Shown: positions 47,811-59,699 of the stretch, piece after piece
Layout: every line of letters starts with the position of its first letter
Numbering within the stretch: position 1 is the stretch's first letter
NCBI RefSeq assembly: GCF_006345805.1
Contig: NC_043019.1
Span: forward strand, 13,577,360-13,641,359
DNA length: 64,000 nt
DNA from: Octopus sinensis
Lineage: Eukaryota
Direction: 5' to 3'
Notes under the pieces: generated by a model
What the model was told of the DNA's origin: nothing
Databases searched by the model: none
The model's input: only the letters and a program-made list of their open reading frames with translations
Program-made: the position numbers and the translations under genes

Positions 47811-50800
47811 TTGAATGACTGGAGGTTGAGGTGGGTGAGTTTATTCATCATAGTTAAGTAAAAACATCAACAGTTCATTTAATTGTAAATATGTACTACA
47901 TGGAGGTGCTGCTGTGAAGCATTTCAGAAAGCGATGCACTGTCAGTTCTTTTCTGTTTTTGTTAATAATTTGGAGTACTGAGTTTAAGTTCCTCCGTGTG
48001 CTACAATAAGGTTGCCGAATTCCCACCACTAATACCATTATTAGACTTTAGCTCCTCGTTAACTGCCTTCACTTAATTGCTAAGCAGTTATTATAGTCAT
48101 TACTGCTGTCCTCACAGACTAATAGGTTAAGAGAAAAATGAAACAAAAACACACACTATATGTGTGTGTATATATGTATATACATATATATCATTATATG
48201 AAAGTAAAATTATTTCAAAAATTTTTTTTTCTGTAAAACATTTTTTAGAATTTAGTTTTTGCTTCCCTTAGATATACACATGTGATAATATATATGTGTA
48301 TCGTAATATCTGTCTATATGTATGTGTGTATATGTATATATATTTTTAAATATATGTATACATATATTTAGAAATAAATATATGTATATATTTTGGAATA
48401 AATGTATGAATATATATATGTATTTTAAAAATATATATATATATCTTAAATATATTATATATATATTGAAAATATATGTGAATGCATATGTTAAATTTCA
48501 ATTTATTTTTTTATTTATTTCACTCATTATTTTAAATTAACAAAAGAAAATTATTTTTCTTTGTTTTTATTTCATTTTATTATATATAATTTTTTTTTTA
48601 TCTCATCAAAGAAAGATTTTTGTTATAATTATTCCTTCACTTTATAAGCAATGAAATTATGAAAAAAATAATCATTGTTTTTTTTTTTTTTTTTATTCTT
48701 ATATATCACCTTCTAATGCCACCCCTAATTCCTACAGGAACAAATGAAGAAAAATGAGCAAATGATGATGATGAGAAAGTGATTCCAAACCGAATAAGAA
48801 ATTGACAAAATTGAAGAGTTTCCCTGTCCTCCTCTTTTAATATTTTAATATTCAAGGGTTTCACTGCAAAGGCTTTGAGATACAAACCATTACTGTTTTT
48901 TTTTATATTTATTTTTTTGCCTTTGTTTTTTTTTTTACCTTCCCCAAGTTCAAATCCTTCTTTGGACATAAAATGTGGACGGACCAATGGGTTGCAAGTT
49001 ATGACTTCAACTGGGTGAGGAAGGGTTATCTGATGCTGAAACACTCCTCAGAACCCTTTTAAGAGCCAGAAAATTTCACTGATGATGAACCCCAGAGTAT
49101 TCATGAAATAGGGATCACCTACCCCCCCCCCCTTTTTTTTTCTTTTTTTAAATTAATATTCAGTAGTTTGACTGTTAAGTTTTTGGTCCTTGTTTCTAGT
49201 CTCCTAGTTTGCTCAAGTTCAAATCCTTCTTTGGACAGAGAATGTGGGCTGACAAGTGGTTTTTGCTGTTGCTGGGTTGCAAGATGGGACTTGATCAATC
49301 CTGATTTGGGTCAGTCAACAGGGTAAGGGAGGGGTGTCTGATGTCGATAAATGACACATCCCAAAGCATCTGTGAATTCTATCTTAAACCACTTTCCCCC
49401 ATTTTTTTTTCTTTTTAGTATACAAGGGCAATGAGATCTTAGGGTGACATGCCTTTACTATTTGGGTATCCCTTTTTTTTGTGCTCCCCTACTTTTCCAA
49501 AATTCAAAATCTCTCTTTGGACAGAGAGAAAATGCATGCATGTGTGTGTGTGTGTGTGTGATTTCACTTGGCCTTTCATTGTCCCTAACCCCATCACAAG
49601 GGACAGTGAAGCTAAACCAGCAATTATCATTAATATACTGATGGTGGGGGTGATGAAGGTGGTGGTGATGGAGCCAGGAGGTCACTTTAATCCACTATAT
49701 ATCCTTCCTAAAACCCCACCCTCTCTCTCTTTCTCTCTCTCTCAATCTGTCCCTTACATTACAAAAAGGAAGAAAAATTAAATAAATAAAAACTGTTAGG
49801 CCCCTGTGCCAAGTCAAAAGTAAATTTTCAAGAACACATCACTTGAATAAATTTTCTTTTTTTTTTTGAGGTTTTAAAAAATTTTTTTTTTGTGACGGCA
49901 GAGCAGAAGGCACAGGAAATAAAAATATGAAGAAAAAAAATAAATGAAAAAAATAAATAAATAAACGAAGGAACTACAAAAAAAAATATATATATATATA
50001 ACTATTACGAGGGTGTTTGTTGTCGGGTGCAGGGAAATTTTGGGTCCGGGGCTGGGAAGGGGGTATTTGGGAAAACGGGCGGACGGGAGGGTTCGTTGTT
50101 GCAATTTTGTAACCTTTTTTTAATTTCCTTCGTTTTATTTTTATTATTATTATTTTTTTTCTATTCTCCCTGATCGTTCATCGAATGTTATGATAATGAT
50201 GATGATGGTGATGATTTATGATCATGATGATAATAAAAATAATTTTAAAAAAATACAATATATATCCTTGTTGAATTGTCGACAAATTTCACTTTAATAT
50301 TATGATTCTGGAAATGTTTTTGCTTTTTATTTTCCTCTAAAGAAATGTCTTTGTTTTTTAGCATTGTATATGGGCACAGACGTGGCTGTGCGGGTAAGAA
50401 GTTTGCTTACCCAACCATACAGGTGTCTGGGGTTCAGTCCCACTGTGTGGCACCTTGGGCAAGTGTCTTCTACTACTATAGTTCCAAACCAACCAGTGCC
50501 TTGTGAGTAAGTAGTAAGTTCAGTAAATGGAAACTGTATGGAAGCCTGTATATGGTAAATCAAATGCAAAAGACAATGCCGGACAAAATGCTTTGCAACA
50601 TTTCATCTACCTTAATGTTCTGGGTTCAAATTCTGCTAAGGTCGACTTTGTCTTTTATCCTTTCTGGGTCAAGAAAATAAGTAGCAGTCAAGCACTGGGG
50701 TTGATGCAGTCATCTTACCCCCCCCCCATCCACTCCCCCAAAATTACTGGCCTTGTGAGAAAATTTGAAACCAATATTATTAGACTGATAGGGTGGTGAG

Positions 50801-50877
50801 CTGGCAGAGTTGTTAGCACACCCGTCAAAATGCTTAGTATTTTGTTTGCCATTATGCTCTGAGTTCAGATTTTGCCG

Positions 50878-51343
50878 AATTTGAACTCAGAACATGAAGA
50901 CAGACGAAATGCTGTTAAGCATTGTGCCAGGCATACTAACGATTCTTGTTTCTTTATTGCCCACAAGAGGCTAAACATAGAGGGGACAGAAAAATGGATT
51001 AAGTCGATTACATTGACCCCAGTGCATAACTGGTACTTAATTTATCGACCCCGAATGGATGAATGGCAAAGTCGACCTCGGCGGAATTTGAACTCAGAAC
51101 ATAACGGCAGACGAAATACATATTTCTTTACTACCCACAAGGGGCTAAACATAGAGGAGACAAACAAGGATAGACAAACAGATTAAGTCGATTACATTGA
51201 CCCCAGTGCGTAACTGCTACTTATTTAATCGACCTCGAAAGGCAAAATCAACCTCGGCAGGATTTGAACTCAGAACGTAACGGCAGACGAAATACCGCTA
51301 AGCACTTCGCTCAGCGCGCTAACGTTTCTGCCAGCTCGCCACC
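50878..51343 (-). mobile_element. SINE-B multimer on the minus strand, abutting an inverted partial B' head (50790-50878)
   Basis: Reverse-complement units with recurring gaatttgaactcagaac. Confidence 0.75.
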
Positions 51344-51442
51344 TAGTACATCGTCATAGGCGTACTAACAATTCTGCCACCTCACAACCTTAATAATTAT
51401 AATAATAATCCTTTCTACTATAGGCACAAGGCCTGAAAATTG

Positions 51443-52280
51443 TATGAGAATGTGGCTAGTAAAGTAATACAGGAGGATGGGAAAGTAAAGATATTCTGGA
51501 ATTATGATTTTCAGACTGAACAAGTAATTGAGTATCACCAGGTGGACATGGTCGTGCTGAACAAGAGAGACACTGCCAGCCATACCATATGACATAAATA
51601 TTGTGAGTAAAGAGGTTGACAAAAAAAAATCACCAAGTACTCTGAGCTGAAAGTGCAGATGACAAGACTGTTTGGAATGTGAGAAGATAATGCAATATTG
51701 GGACACGGGTGAATTCCATTGAAATTTCAAGACATCTTAAAAGTGGTTGGGAATACCTATTTCTTTACTGCCCACAAGGGGCTAAACACAGAGGGGACAA
51801 ACAAGGACAGACAAAGGGATTAAGTCGATTACATCGACCCCAGTGCGAAGCTGGTACTTTATTTATCGACCCCCGAAAGGATGAAAGGCAAAGTCGACGT
51901 TGGCGGAATTTGAACTCAGAACGTAAAGACAGACGAAATACCTATTTCTTTACTGCCCACAAGGGGCTAAACACAGAGAGGACAGACAAATGGATTAAGT
52001 CTATTATATCGACCCCAGTGCGTAACTGGTACTTATTTAATCAACCCTGAAAGGGTGAAAGGCAAAGTCAACCTTGGCGAAATTTGAACTCAGAACGTAG
52101 CGATAGATGAAATACGGCTGAGCATTTCGCCCAGCATGCTAACGTTTCTGCCAGCTCACCACCTTGGGAATACCATGCAAGGTTGGTGTCATACAAAAAT
52201 CAGCCTTGCTAAGGACTGCACGTATCTTAAGGAAAGTATTATCTGTTGGAGGTTCTTGTTGGGACTTGACAGATGACAAA
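51443..52280 (+). mobile_element. R4/Dong-like non-LTR retrotransposon remnant (restriction-like endonuclease region) split by a SINE-B dimer
   Basis: KVIQEDGKVKIFWNYDFQTEQVIEYHQVDMVVLNKR / AIPYDINIVSKE / KITKYSELKVQMTRL, resuming after the SINE as LGIPCKVGVIQKSALLRTARILRKVL. This is the typical W-D-QTD...PD..D..KY.DL and IQKA..GTARILRKVL pattern. Confidence 0.75.
51758..52163 (-). mobile_element. SINE-B dimer inserted in the R4-like remnant
   Basis: 11-bp TSD ttgggaatacc at 51747-51757 and 52164-52174. Confidence 0.88.
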
Positions 52281-54073
52281 ACACTCCAGTGCATTTTCCA
52301 TCTACAGCCATTGGAATAGGAGGGGAAAAAGGGAAAGGTAGTGTGTGCATATGGGATCCACTTGCTGGATAAGGAGCTAGGAGAGAAGTGAAAATGGAAG
52401 GTAGGGGGAGATGTGATTTGGCCACCACTGCTGACCCACCAATGGGAGGGGGTTGTGTTTCAGGGCTCAAAAAAACCCCGTGATTGTTGGATACTGTCTG
52501 GTGACATCAATTCCTCTTGGTCAAGACTACATTCATCAAAACTGAATGAAGAAGTATCATTTTTAGATGTTATCAAAATAATGTATGTATGTAGATAGAC
52601 AGATAAATAGATAGAGACACATACACATATATATATATATATTTATATATGTATGTGCACACACACATATATACATATATTCATTTATCTATATGCATAC
52701 ATACACATATTTATATACATACATACACACAGACATACATACATACATACATACACACAGACATACACACAGACATACATACATACATACACACATACAT
52801 ACATACACACACATACATACATACACACACATACATACATACACACACATACATACACACAGACATACATACATACACACAGACATACATACATACACAC
52901 ATACATACATACATACACACATACATACACACATACACACACATACATACATACATGTATGTATGAGAAGGGACTGGAAGTGGGAAGGAGTGTTATTTGT
53001 AGGTGAGAAAAGAGATTTAATATGAGTATATGAAGAGCAGATGGAGTGTCTGAGGGTGTATATATACATATTGAAAAAGAGAAAAAAGAAAAAGAAAAAG
53101 AAAAAAAGGAATACAAAGATGCCAAAGAAGCAGAAATAACTGTGAATGAAAGACTTTACTTAAATTTACGAATATGAAAAGAAAAACTGATTGAAACGAA
53201 AGGAAGAGAAAATTGAATAGAAAAACGAGATTAAAAGAAAGTGTTAGCTTCTATGAAAGAAGTAATATTGCCAAAGAGTGAGTTTCTAAATTTAATTTCT
53301 TTTCACTTTCCGACAAACCGTAGATATCACAAGATCTTTCCAGAAGCAAAGTTCAAGTCAGCTAATCCCGTTGTAAAAAGTTTTACTACTCAATTAACCA
53401 CTTCACTTCGAAAAGACTTTGGTAGCCAGGATAAATACAGTAGTATCTCTTCCTGTCTGGAACTTAATTGCATAGCTCTCTGGACAACTGACCATTCGAC
53501 AGTAATTGTCTTTGGAAAGCGTTTCGTTTACTGAGGCCATGATACGGACAAATAAAAACACTGTTTTCTTATCTTACACCATACTCAATACAAACAAATT
53601 TATGATAGAGATTTAATAAAAATATATAATCCTTTAAGCAGTCAGAGACACACTTTTCTTTCTAGAGGTTTGTCCAAGTAAGTTTTTTTTGTTGTTTTTT
53701 TTTTTTTTTTTTGAAGAATCCACCCCAACCACTTTAATATAATATCTCTTTCTGTCTGAAGCATAATTGCATTGCTCTGGACAATTGACCATTTGACAGT
53801 AATTGTCTTTCAAAAGTGTTTGTTTACAAGAACAAATTTATGATACAGATTTAATAAATATATATGATCTACACTCTCTAGCTGTACAAACTTTGCCATC
53901 CGACCCATGCTAACATGGAAAGTAGACGTAAAACAACGATGATGATGATGATGATATAATCATTTAAGCAAAAGTCTGCCCAAGTATGGACAATTGTCTT
54001 TCAAAAGTGTTTGTTTACTGAGGCTAAAGTACAGACAAATAAAAGCACCATTTTCATACTGAATAAGAACAAA

Positions 54074-54473
54074 TTTATATATATAAAGCTGAAGTTGTCT
54101 GTGTGTGTGGCAGATTTGGTAGGTTTCAACTAACACTATCTCCTCCGAGACCCTGCGGCGCAAGTTGACCAAAATTGAGAGTATGATAGAAGAAGGCTTG
54201 CTCTTCATTCTATAACAGAAAAAATTCAAATCGGACAATGTTAACACCAAAAATTATTTACATCAAAAAGGTGCTTTTTTTTCTATGAAAATCCCTATTT
54301 TTTACGATTTATTGACTGCTGTGTCGCCATTTTTCAGTGTATTTCAACCAGAGAAATGTTCACTTAAAGAGAATAACAAGCTATATAATGCAAAATTTTT
54401 ACTTTTCAAAAATTCCAATTCTAAAGGGCCGAAAAGAAAACAAACCCGAGCAACGCCGGGGCTATACTGCTAG
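54074..54473 (+). mobile_element. Non-autonomous Helitron
   Basis: 5' TTTATATATATAAAG...GTCTGTGTGTG; 3' hairpin CCCGAGCAACGCCGGG (54445-54460) and terminal CTAG. Inserted between A and T with no TSD; empty-site paralogues acaaa|tttatgata lie at ~53595 and ~53835. Confidence 0.8.
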
Positions 54474-54644
54474 TTTATGATACAGATTTAATAAATATAT
54501 ATATAATCTACACTCTCTAGCTGTAGAAACTTTGCCATCTAACCCATGCTAGCATGGAAAGCAGATGTAAAACAACAACGATGATGATGATATAATCCTT
54601 TAAGCGGTCAGAAACACACTTTTCAAGAAGTTTGTCCAAGTATA

Positions 54645-55035
54645 CTCTTTTACTTGTTTCAGTCATTTGACTGTGGCCATGCTGGAGCACCGCCTTTAAT
54701 CGAGCAACTCGACCCCGGGACTTATTCTTTTGTAAGCCCAGTACTTATTCTATCGGTCTCTTTTGCCAAACCGCTAAGTGACGAGGACATAAACACACCA
54801 GCATCGGTTGTCAAGCAATGCTAGGGGGACAAACACAGACACACAAACATATATATATATATATATACATATATATACGGGCTTCTTTTAGTTTCCGTCT
54901 ACCAAATCCACTCACAAGGCTTTGGTCGGCCCGAGGCTATAGTAGAAGACACTTGCCCAAGGTGCCACGCAGTGGGACTGAACCCGGAACCATGTGGTTG
55001 GTAAACAAGCTACTTACCACACTGTCACTCCTGTG
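54645..55035 (-). mobile_element. SINE-A, full length, antisense
   Basis: Reverse-complement match to the family. Confidence 0.88.
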
Positions 55036-55922
55036 CCTATGTTTGGTTTTTCAAAGAATCCAGCCAGACAACTTCAAAAATTAAAGGAAGTATCTTAGAG
55101 AATATGACGCCTTACAAAGATGACTCTTATTAAACATTCTTATCATTGTAGATGAAAATATTTCATTTTATTTCAAGATTTGCATTAAATAAAAAATATG
55201 AATTATCATAAAAACCCATGTAATTTGCACACCTGTTCAATTTATGCAGGTGATTTTGTTAAAAAAAAAGCTTCTACTCATGTAAAATTCACATCTAAAA
55301 GTTTTCAGAATTGCCAATATGGCCAGGAGGAAAAGGTTTTCAATTTAGTTGTATTTAATTTCACTTACTTATGATTAGATTTTATTAAATTTTCATTAAA
55401 TAAAAATAATTTCTGTTTAACAGGTATCACATTGAAAGCTATTAGATTACAAAGTATTTGTGTTGTTTAGCATAAACTTTATTTCATATTTCTTGCGCCC
55501 ACAAGAGATTATGTCCGATCTTTAGCATACTTCTGTATGTATTCTAAAACCACGATCACAGGAAAAGTTGTTGATGAGAATTACCAACAAAAACAAAGCT
55601 GATAAATATGCACAGGTGTTGCAAATTAAGTTTAATTACCAATAAACATCAGCTTGGATAACACTTTACTTAACTGACAGTGGAAGGTGACCAATCAAAC
55701 TGATTACGTAAACAGAATTCTTTTCTGCCTATTCTTGTTGGAACCTTTGATACAGAGTATTGAAATTTTAATCCCTTTCACACTTATAAAATGTCAAGCA
55801 AACTTAAAAATTTATCATTACCGTTCAGCAGAACTTATGAATCGTTTACCGCAAAGGAGAAATTAAGTATGTTCCATTGCAATAGGTAGAAACACTGTCC
55901 GGGCCATGAACTAATACAATCT

Positions 55923-56059
55923 TACAGTTCTATATTTAAAAGATGAGGAATTATGTACGTTATTTACATTAGACAGATATTTGTCCTCGTCTTGTTTGTT
56001 GTTAACACAATGTTTCAGCTGATATACCTTCCAGCCTTCATCAGGTGTCTTGGGGAAAT
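55923..56059 (-). mobile_element. Headless body of the hammerhead-like retroposon
   Basis: Aligns end to end with 38839-38975; core at 56004-56049. Confidence 0.75.
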
Positions 56060-56638
56060 ATATATGTGTATGTGTATATGTGTACGTGAGTGTGTGTCTG
56101 TGTTTGTCCCCCTCATCATCGCTTGACAACCGATGTTGGCGTGTCTGCGTCCCCGTAATATAGCGGTTCGGCAAAAGAGACGATAGAATAAGTACTAGGC
56201 TTACAAAGAATAAGTCCTGGGGTCGATTTCTCCAGCAAAAGTTGGTACTCCAGCATGGCCGCAGTCAAATGGCTGGAACATATAAAAAAAAAAATAGCAG
56301 GCATACAAACTTGGCAAGTCTAACTATTTCTCAAAAGGGTAGAAAAAAATTGATGACGAAAAGCCTTAATTAATTTTCAGCCCTTGTTAATGTCTCATCA
56401 GTGATGTCCACATCACTTGAAAACCCCCAGAGAAACAAACAGTCAACCTATATATATATATATAATATATATATATATATAATATATATATATATTATAC
56501 TTTACTTTATTTAAAAGCAGCAGACAGAGTAACAGGTTTTGTTGAATTTCTGCTGCTTTTAAATAAGCACATTACTCTACCCCTGGTATTTGAGTACTCT
56601 TTTTTCTACCTTGTTTCACATTTATGTGTTTACTACGG

Positions 56639-56672
<34 letters not shown>

Positions 56673-57904
56673 AACACACACATACACTGAATCTAGAAAC
56701 TTCAGGGAAGTGGTGCTACTAAGTTATATGTTATAGGTGTTGAAAAATGAGCGATGAGCAGTCTCAATCAATTTTCAACCCTTGTTGATGTCTCATCAGT
56801 GATGTCCACATCACTTGAAAACCCCCAGAGTCACAAACAGTCAACCTATATATATATATAAATATGTATATATGTAAATGTAAAAAAATACAAACTGGGA
56901 CAAGAACGTGAAACATTTAGAAGACGATACAAAAAACATGGATGGGACATTCGAAGCCTTCAATCTTCAGTCAAGAACCGGATCATCTTTGCAATTTCGG
57001 CTGATTAATCTTGAGATTGCTCCGATCTGGCCAGCCCCAAAGGAAAATCTAAGCCAAGCGCATTAGATTCCTTGGAAGAAGGCCTCGAATGTATACAAAA
57101 CAAGGACGGAAAACCGGACGATGTTACACGAATAAAAATACAAAAACAAAATATATATACATACACACACACACACTGAATCTAGAAACTTCAGGAGAGT
57201 GGAGGTAATCATTTATATATTATAGGTGTTGAAAAACAAGTGATCAGCAGTCTCAATCAATTTTCAACCCTTGTTAATGTCTCATTAGAGACATCTGCAT
57301 CACATGACCAATCCCAGAGAAGCAAACAGCAAATCTGTTTACATAACTAGAAGTTATCCCAGCTCACAAACCTCATCTCCATCGTCAATACACACAGTAA
57401 CATCAAACGGACAACTGATCATTGATTTCATTTGCCTATATTGATTCTTCATAGAAAAAAAAAATCAGAGATTTCCCAGCATGCATCATTCTGTCAACAT
57501 CATTGCTCTGACTGATGCTGTGATGCTTTGTGTGATATTGTTTGCTTTAGTTATTTTCGATGAGTTTACGAAGGGTGTCCCTGTCCAATGTCAACAAGAT
57601 TTTGGTTTTTATCTGGAAACAAGTTCTTTTGTTCTCTTGCTCTTTTACTTGTTTCAGTCATTTGACTGTGGCCATGCTGGAGCACCACCTTTAGTCGAAG
57701 AAAATCAACCCCAGGACTTGTTCTTTGTAAGCCTAGTACTTATTCTATCAGTCTCTTTTGCTGAACTGCTATGTTACGGGGACATAGACACACCAAAATC
57801 AGTTGTCAAGCGATGGTGAGGGGACAAATACAGAGACACACTCATATACACATATATGTATATGTCATATACACATATATGTATATGTATATGGCATGTA
57901 ATAT

Positions 57905-58196
57905 GGCACTGAATGTGACTGATGCCAGCGCCACCTTCACTGGCTTCCATGCCATTGGCACGTAAAAAGCACCAACCGATCATGGCCGTTGCCACCCTCC
58001 CCTGGCACCTGTGCCAGTGGCACATAAAAAGCATCCACTACACTCACAGAGTGGTTGGCGTTAGGAAGGGCATCCAGCCGTAGAAACATTGCCAGATCAG
58101 ACTGGAGCCTGGCGCAGCCTCCTGGCTTCCCAGACCCTGGTCGAACTGTCCAACCCATGCTAGCATGGAAAGCGGATGTTAAACGATGATGATGGT
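57905..58196 (+). mobile_element. Family-D retroposon
   Basis: GAGTGGTTGGCGTTAGGAAGGGCATCCAGC...GTTAAACGATGATGATG. Confidence 0.8.
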
Positions 58197-59059
58197 GTGT
58201 GCATACATTCACATATAGTCAAAGATGAATATTTTACATGCATAACAACGAACATTAAAAGATTCCCAAATACTATTATCATCATCATCGTTATTATTAT
58301 TATTATTATATAAACAAACTCACCCTCACATAGCTATATGTACCTGTCCATGTAATATATATTTACAAATATATACACACATATATATATATATATACAC
58401 AAAATATGTATATATATATATATATATATACAGACACACACATGCAATTGAAAACTCAGAGAAACCTCGCCAGTTCATCACTACACCACTACCCACCACA
58501 CTACCATCATCATTCTGTTATTCTTCATTATCCTTTCGTCTACCCAATCCTGCTTCACCACTTACACCTTGTCAATGACATGTCCCTCCCACTGTTTCCA
58601 ACTTATAAGAACTGTCTCTATACACCAGACACTATAGAAACTCTCTCCCTCTTCAAGAAGCCAAACGATTCCTATTTTGACATTCCATTCCATATAAATT
58701 CTTCATTTCCATTCATTTGGTTCTCGTCAGTTATCTTTTCTCCTCCTTCCCTCCCTCATTCTCTCCTCTTCACTCCCCTCCCCTCTCTCTCCTCATTATG
58801 TCTCTCACGCTCTCTCCCTTCTCCCATATAGTTATGGTACCCTTCCTCTCATTTCTCATCTTCCTTAATCTGCTCCACCTACCCAGTCCCACTCTATGTT
58901 GCATATTTCTGTCTCTGTAAAGCCTTTGCTAAGTTACAGTGACATAAACAAACCAACACTGGTTTAATCAACTCAAGTAAAAATGCCATAAAACGCAGAG
59001 AATGGAATGACAAGGATAAAATAAAGGATTTGGTTTAAAATTCTGATACAACAGCACAA

Positions 59060-59483
59060 AATACCTATTTCTTTATTACTCACAAGGGGCTAAACATAGA
59101 GGGGACAAACAAGGACAGACATAGGTATTAAGTCGATTACATCGACCCCAGTGCGTAACTAGTACTTAATTTATCGACCCCAAAAGGATGAAAGGTAAAG
59201 TTGACCTCAGCAGAATTTGAACTCACAATGTAACGGCAGACGAAATACCTATTTCTTTATTACCCACAAGGGGCTAAACATAGAGGGGACAAACAAGGAC
59301 AGACATAGGTATTAAGTCGATTACATCGACCCCAGTGCGTAACTGGTACTTAATTTATCGACCCCAAAAGGATGAAAAGTAAAGTCGACCTCGGCGGAAT
59401 TTGAACTCACAACGTAACAGCAGACGAAATACTGCTAAGCATTTCACCCGGCGTGCTAACGTTTCTGCCAGCTCACCGTCGTT
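59060..59483 (-). mobile_element. SINE-B dimer flanked by ~163-bp direct repeats
   Basis: Flanks at 58897-59059 and 59484-59646. Confidence 0.88.
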
Positions 59484-59699
59484 TGTTGCATATTTCTGTC
59501 TCTGTAAAGCCTTTGCTAAGTTACGGTGACATAAACAAACCAACACTGGTTTAATCAACTCAAGTAAAAATTCCATAAAAACACAGAGAACGGAATGAGA
59601 AGAATAAAATAAAGGATTTGGTTTAAATTCTGATACACCAGCACAAGAAACCTGAAGAACGCTGGAACATACAATTGCCAAAACATAGAGAAGGCAACA

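Noticed and set aside
48940-49050. Possible minus-strand exon ending GAAG|GTAAAA (…HFMSKEGFELGEG)
   Set aside because: No clear acceptor, the paralogous copy at 49214 has stops in all frames, and there is no recognisable homology.
56945-57050. Third hammerhead-like motif (minus CUGAAGA...CUUC-GAA-UGUC)
   Set aside because: It lacks GAAA, stem II would have a 1-nt loop, and there is no stem I partner.
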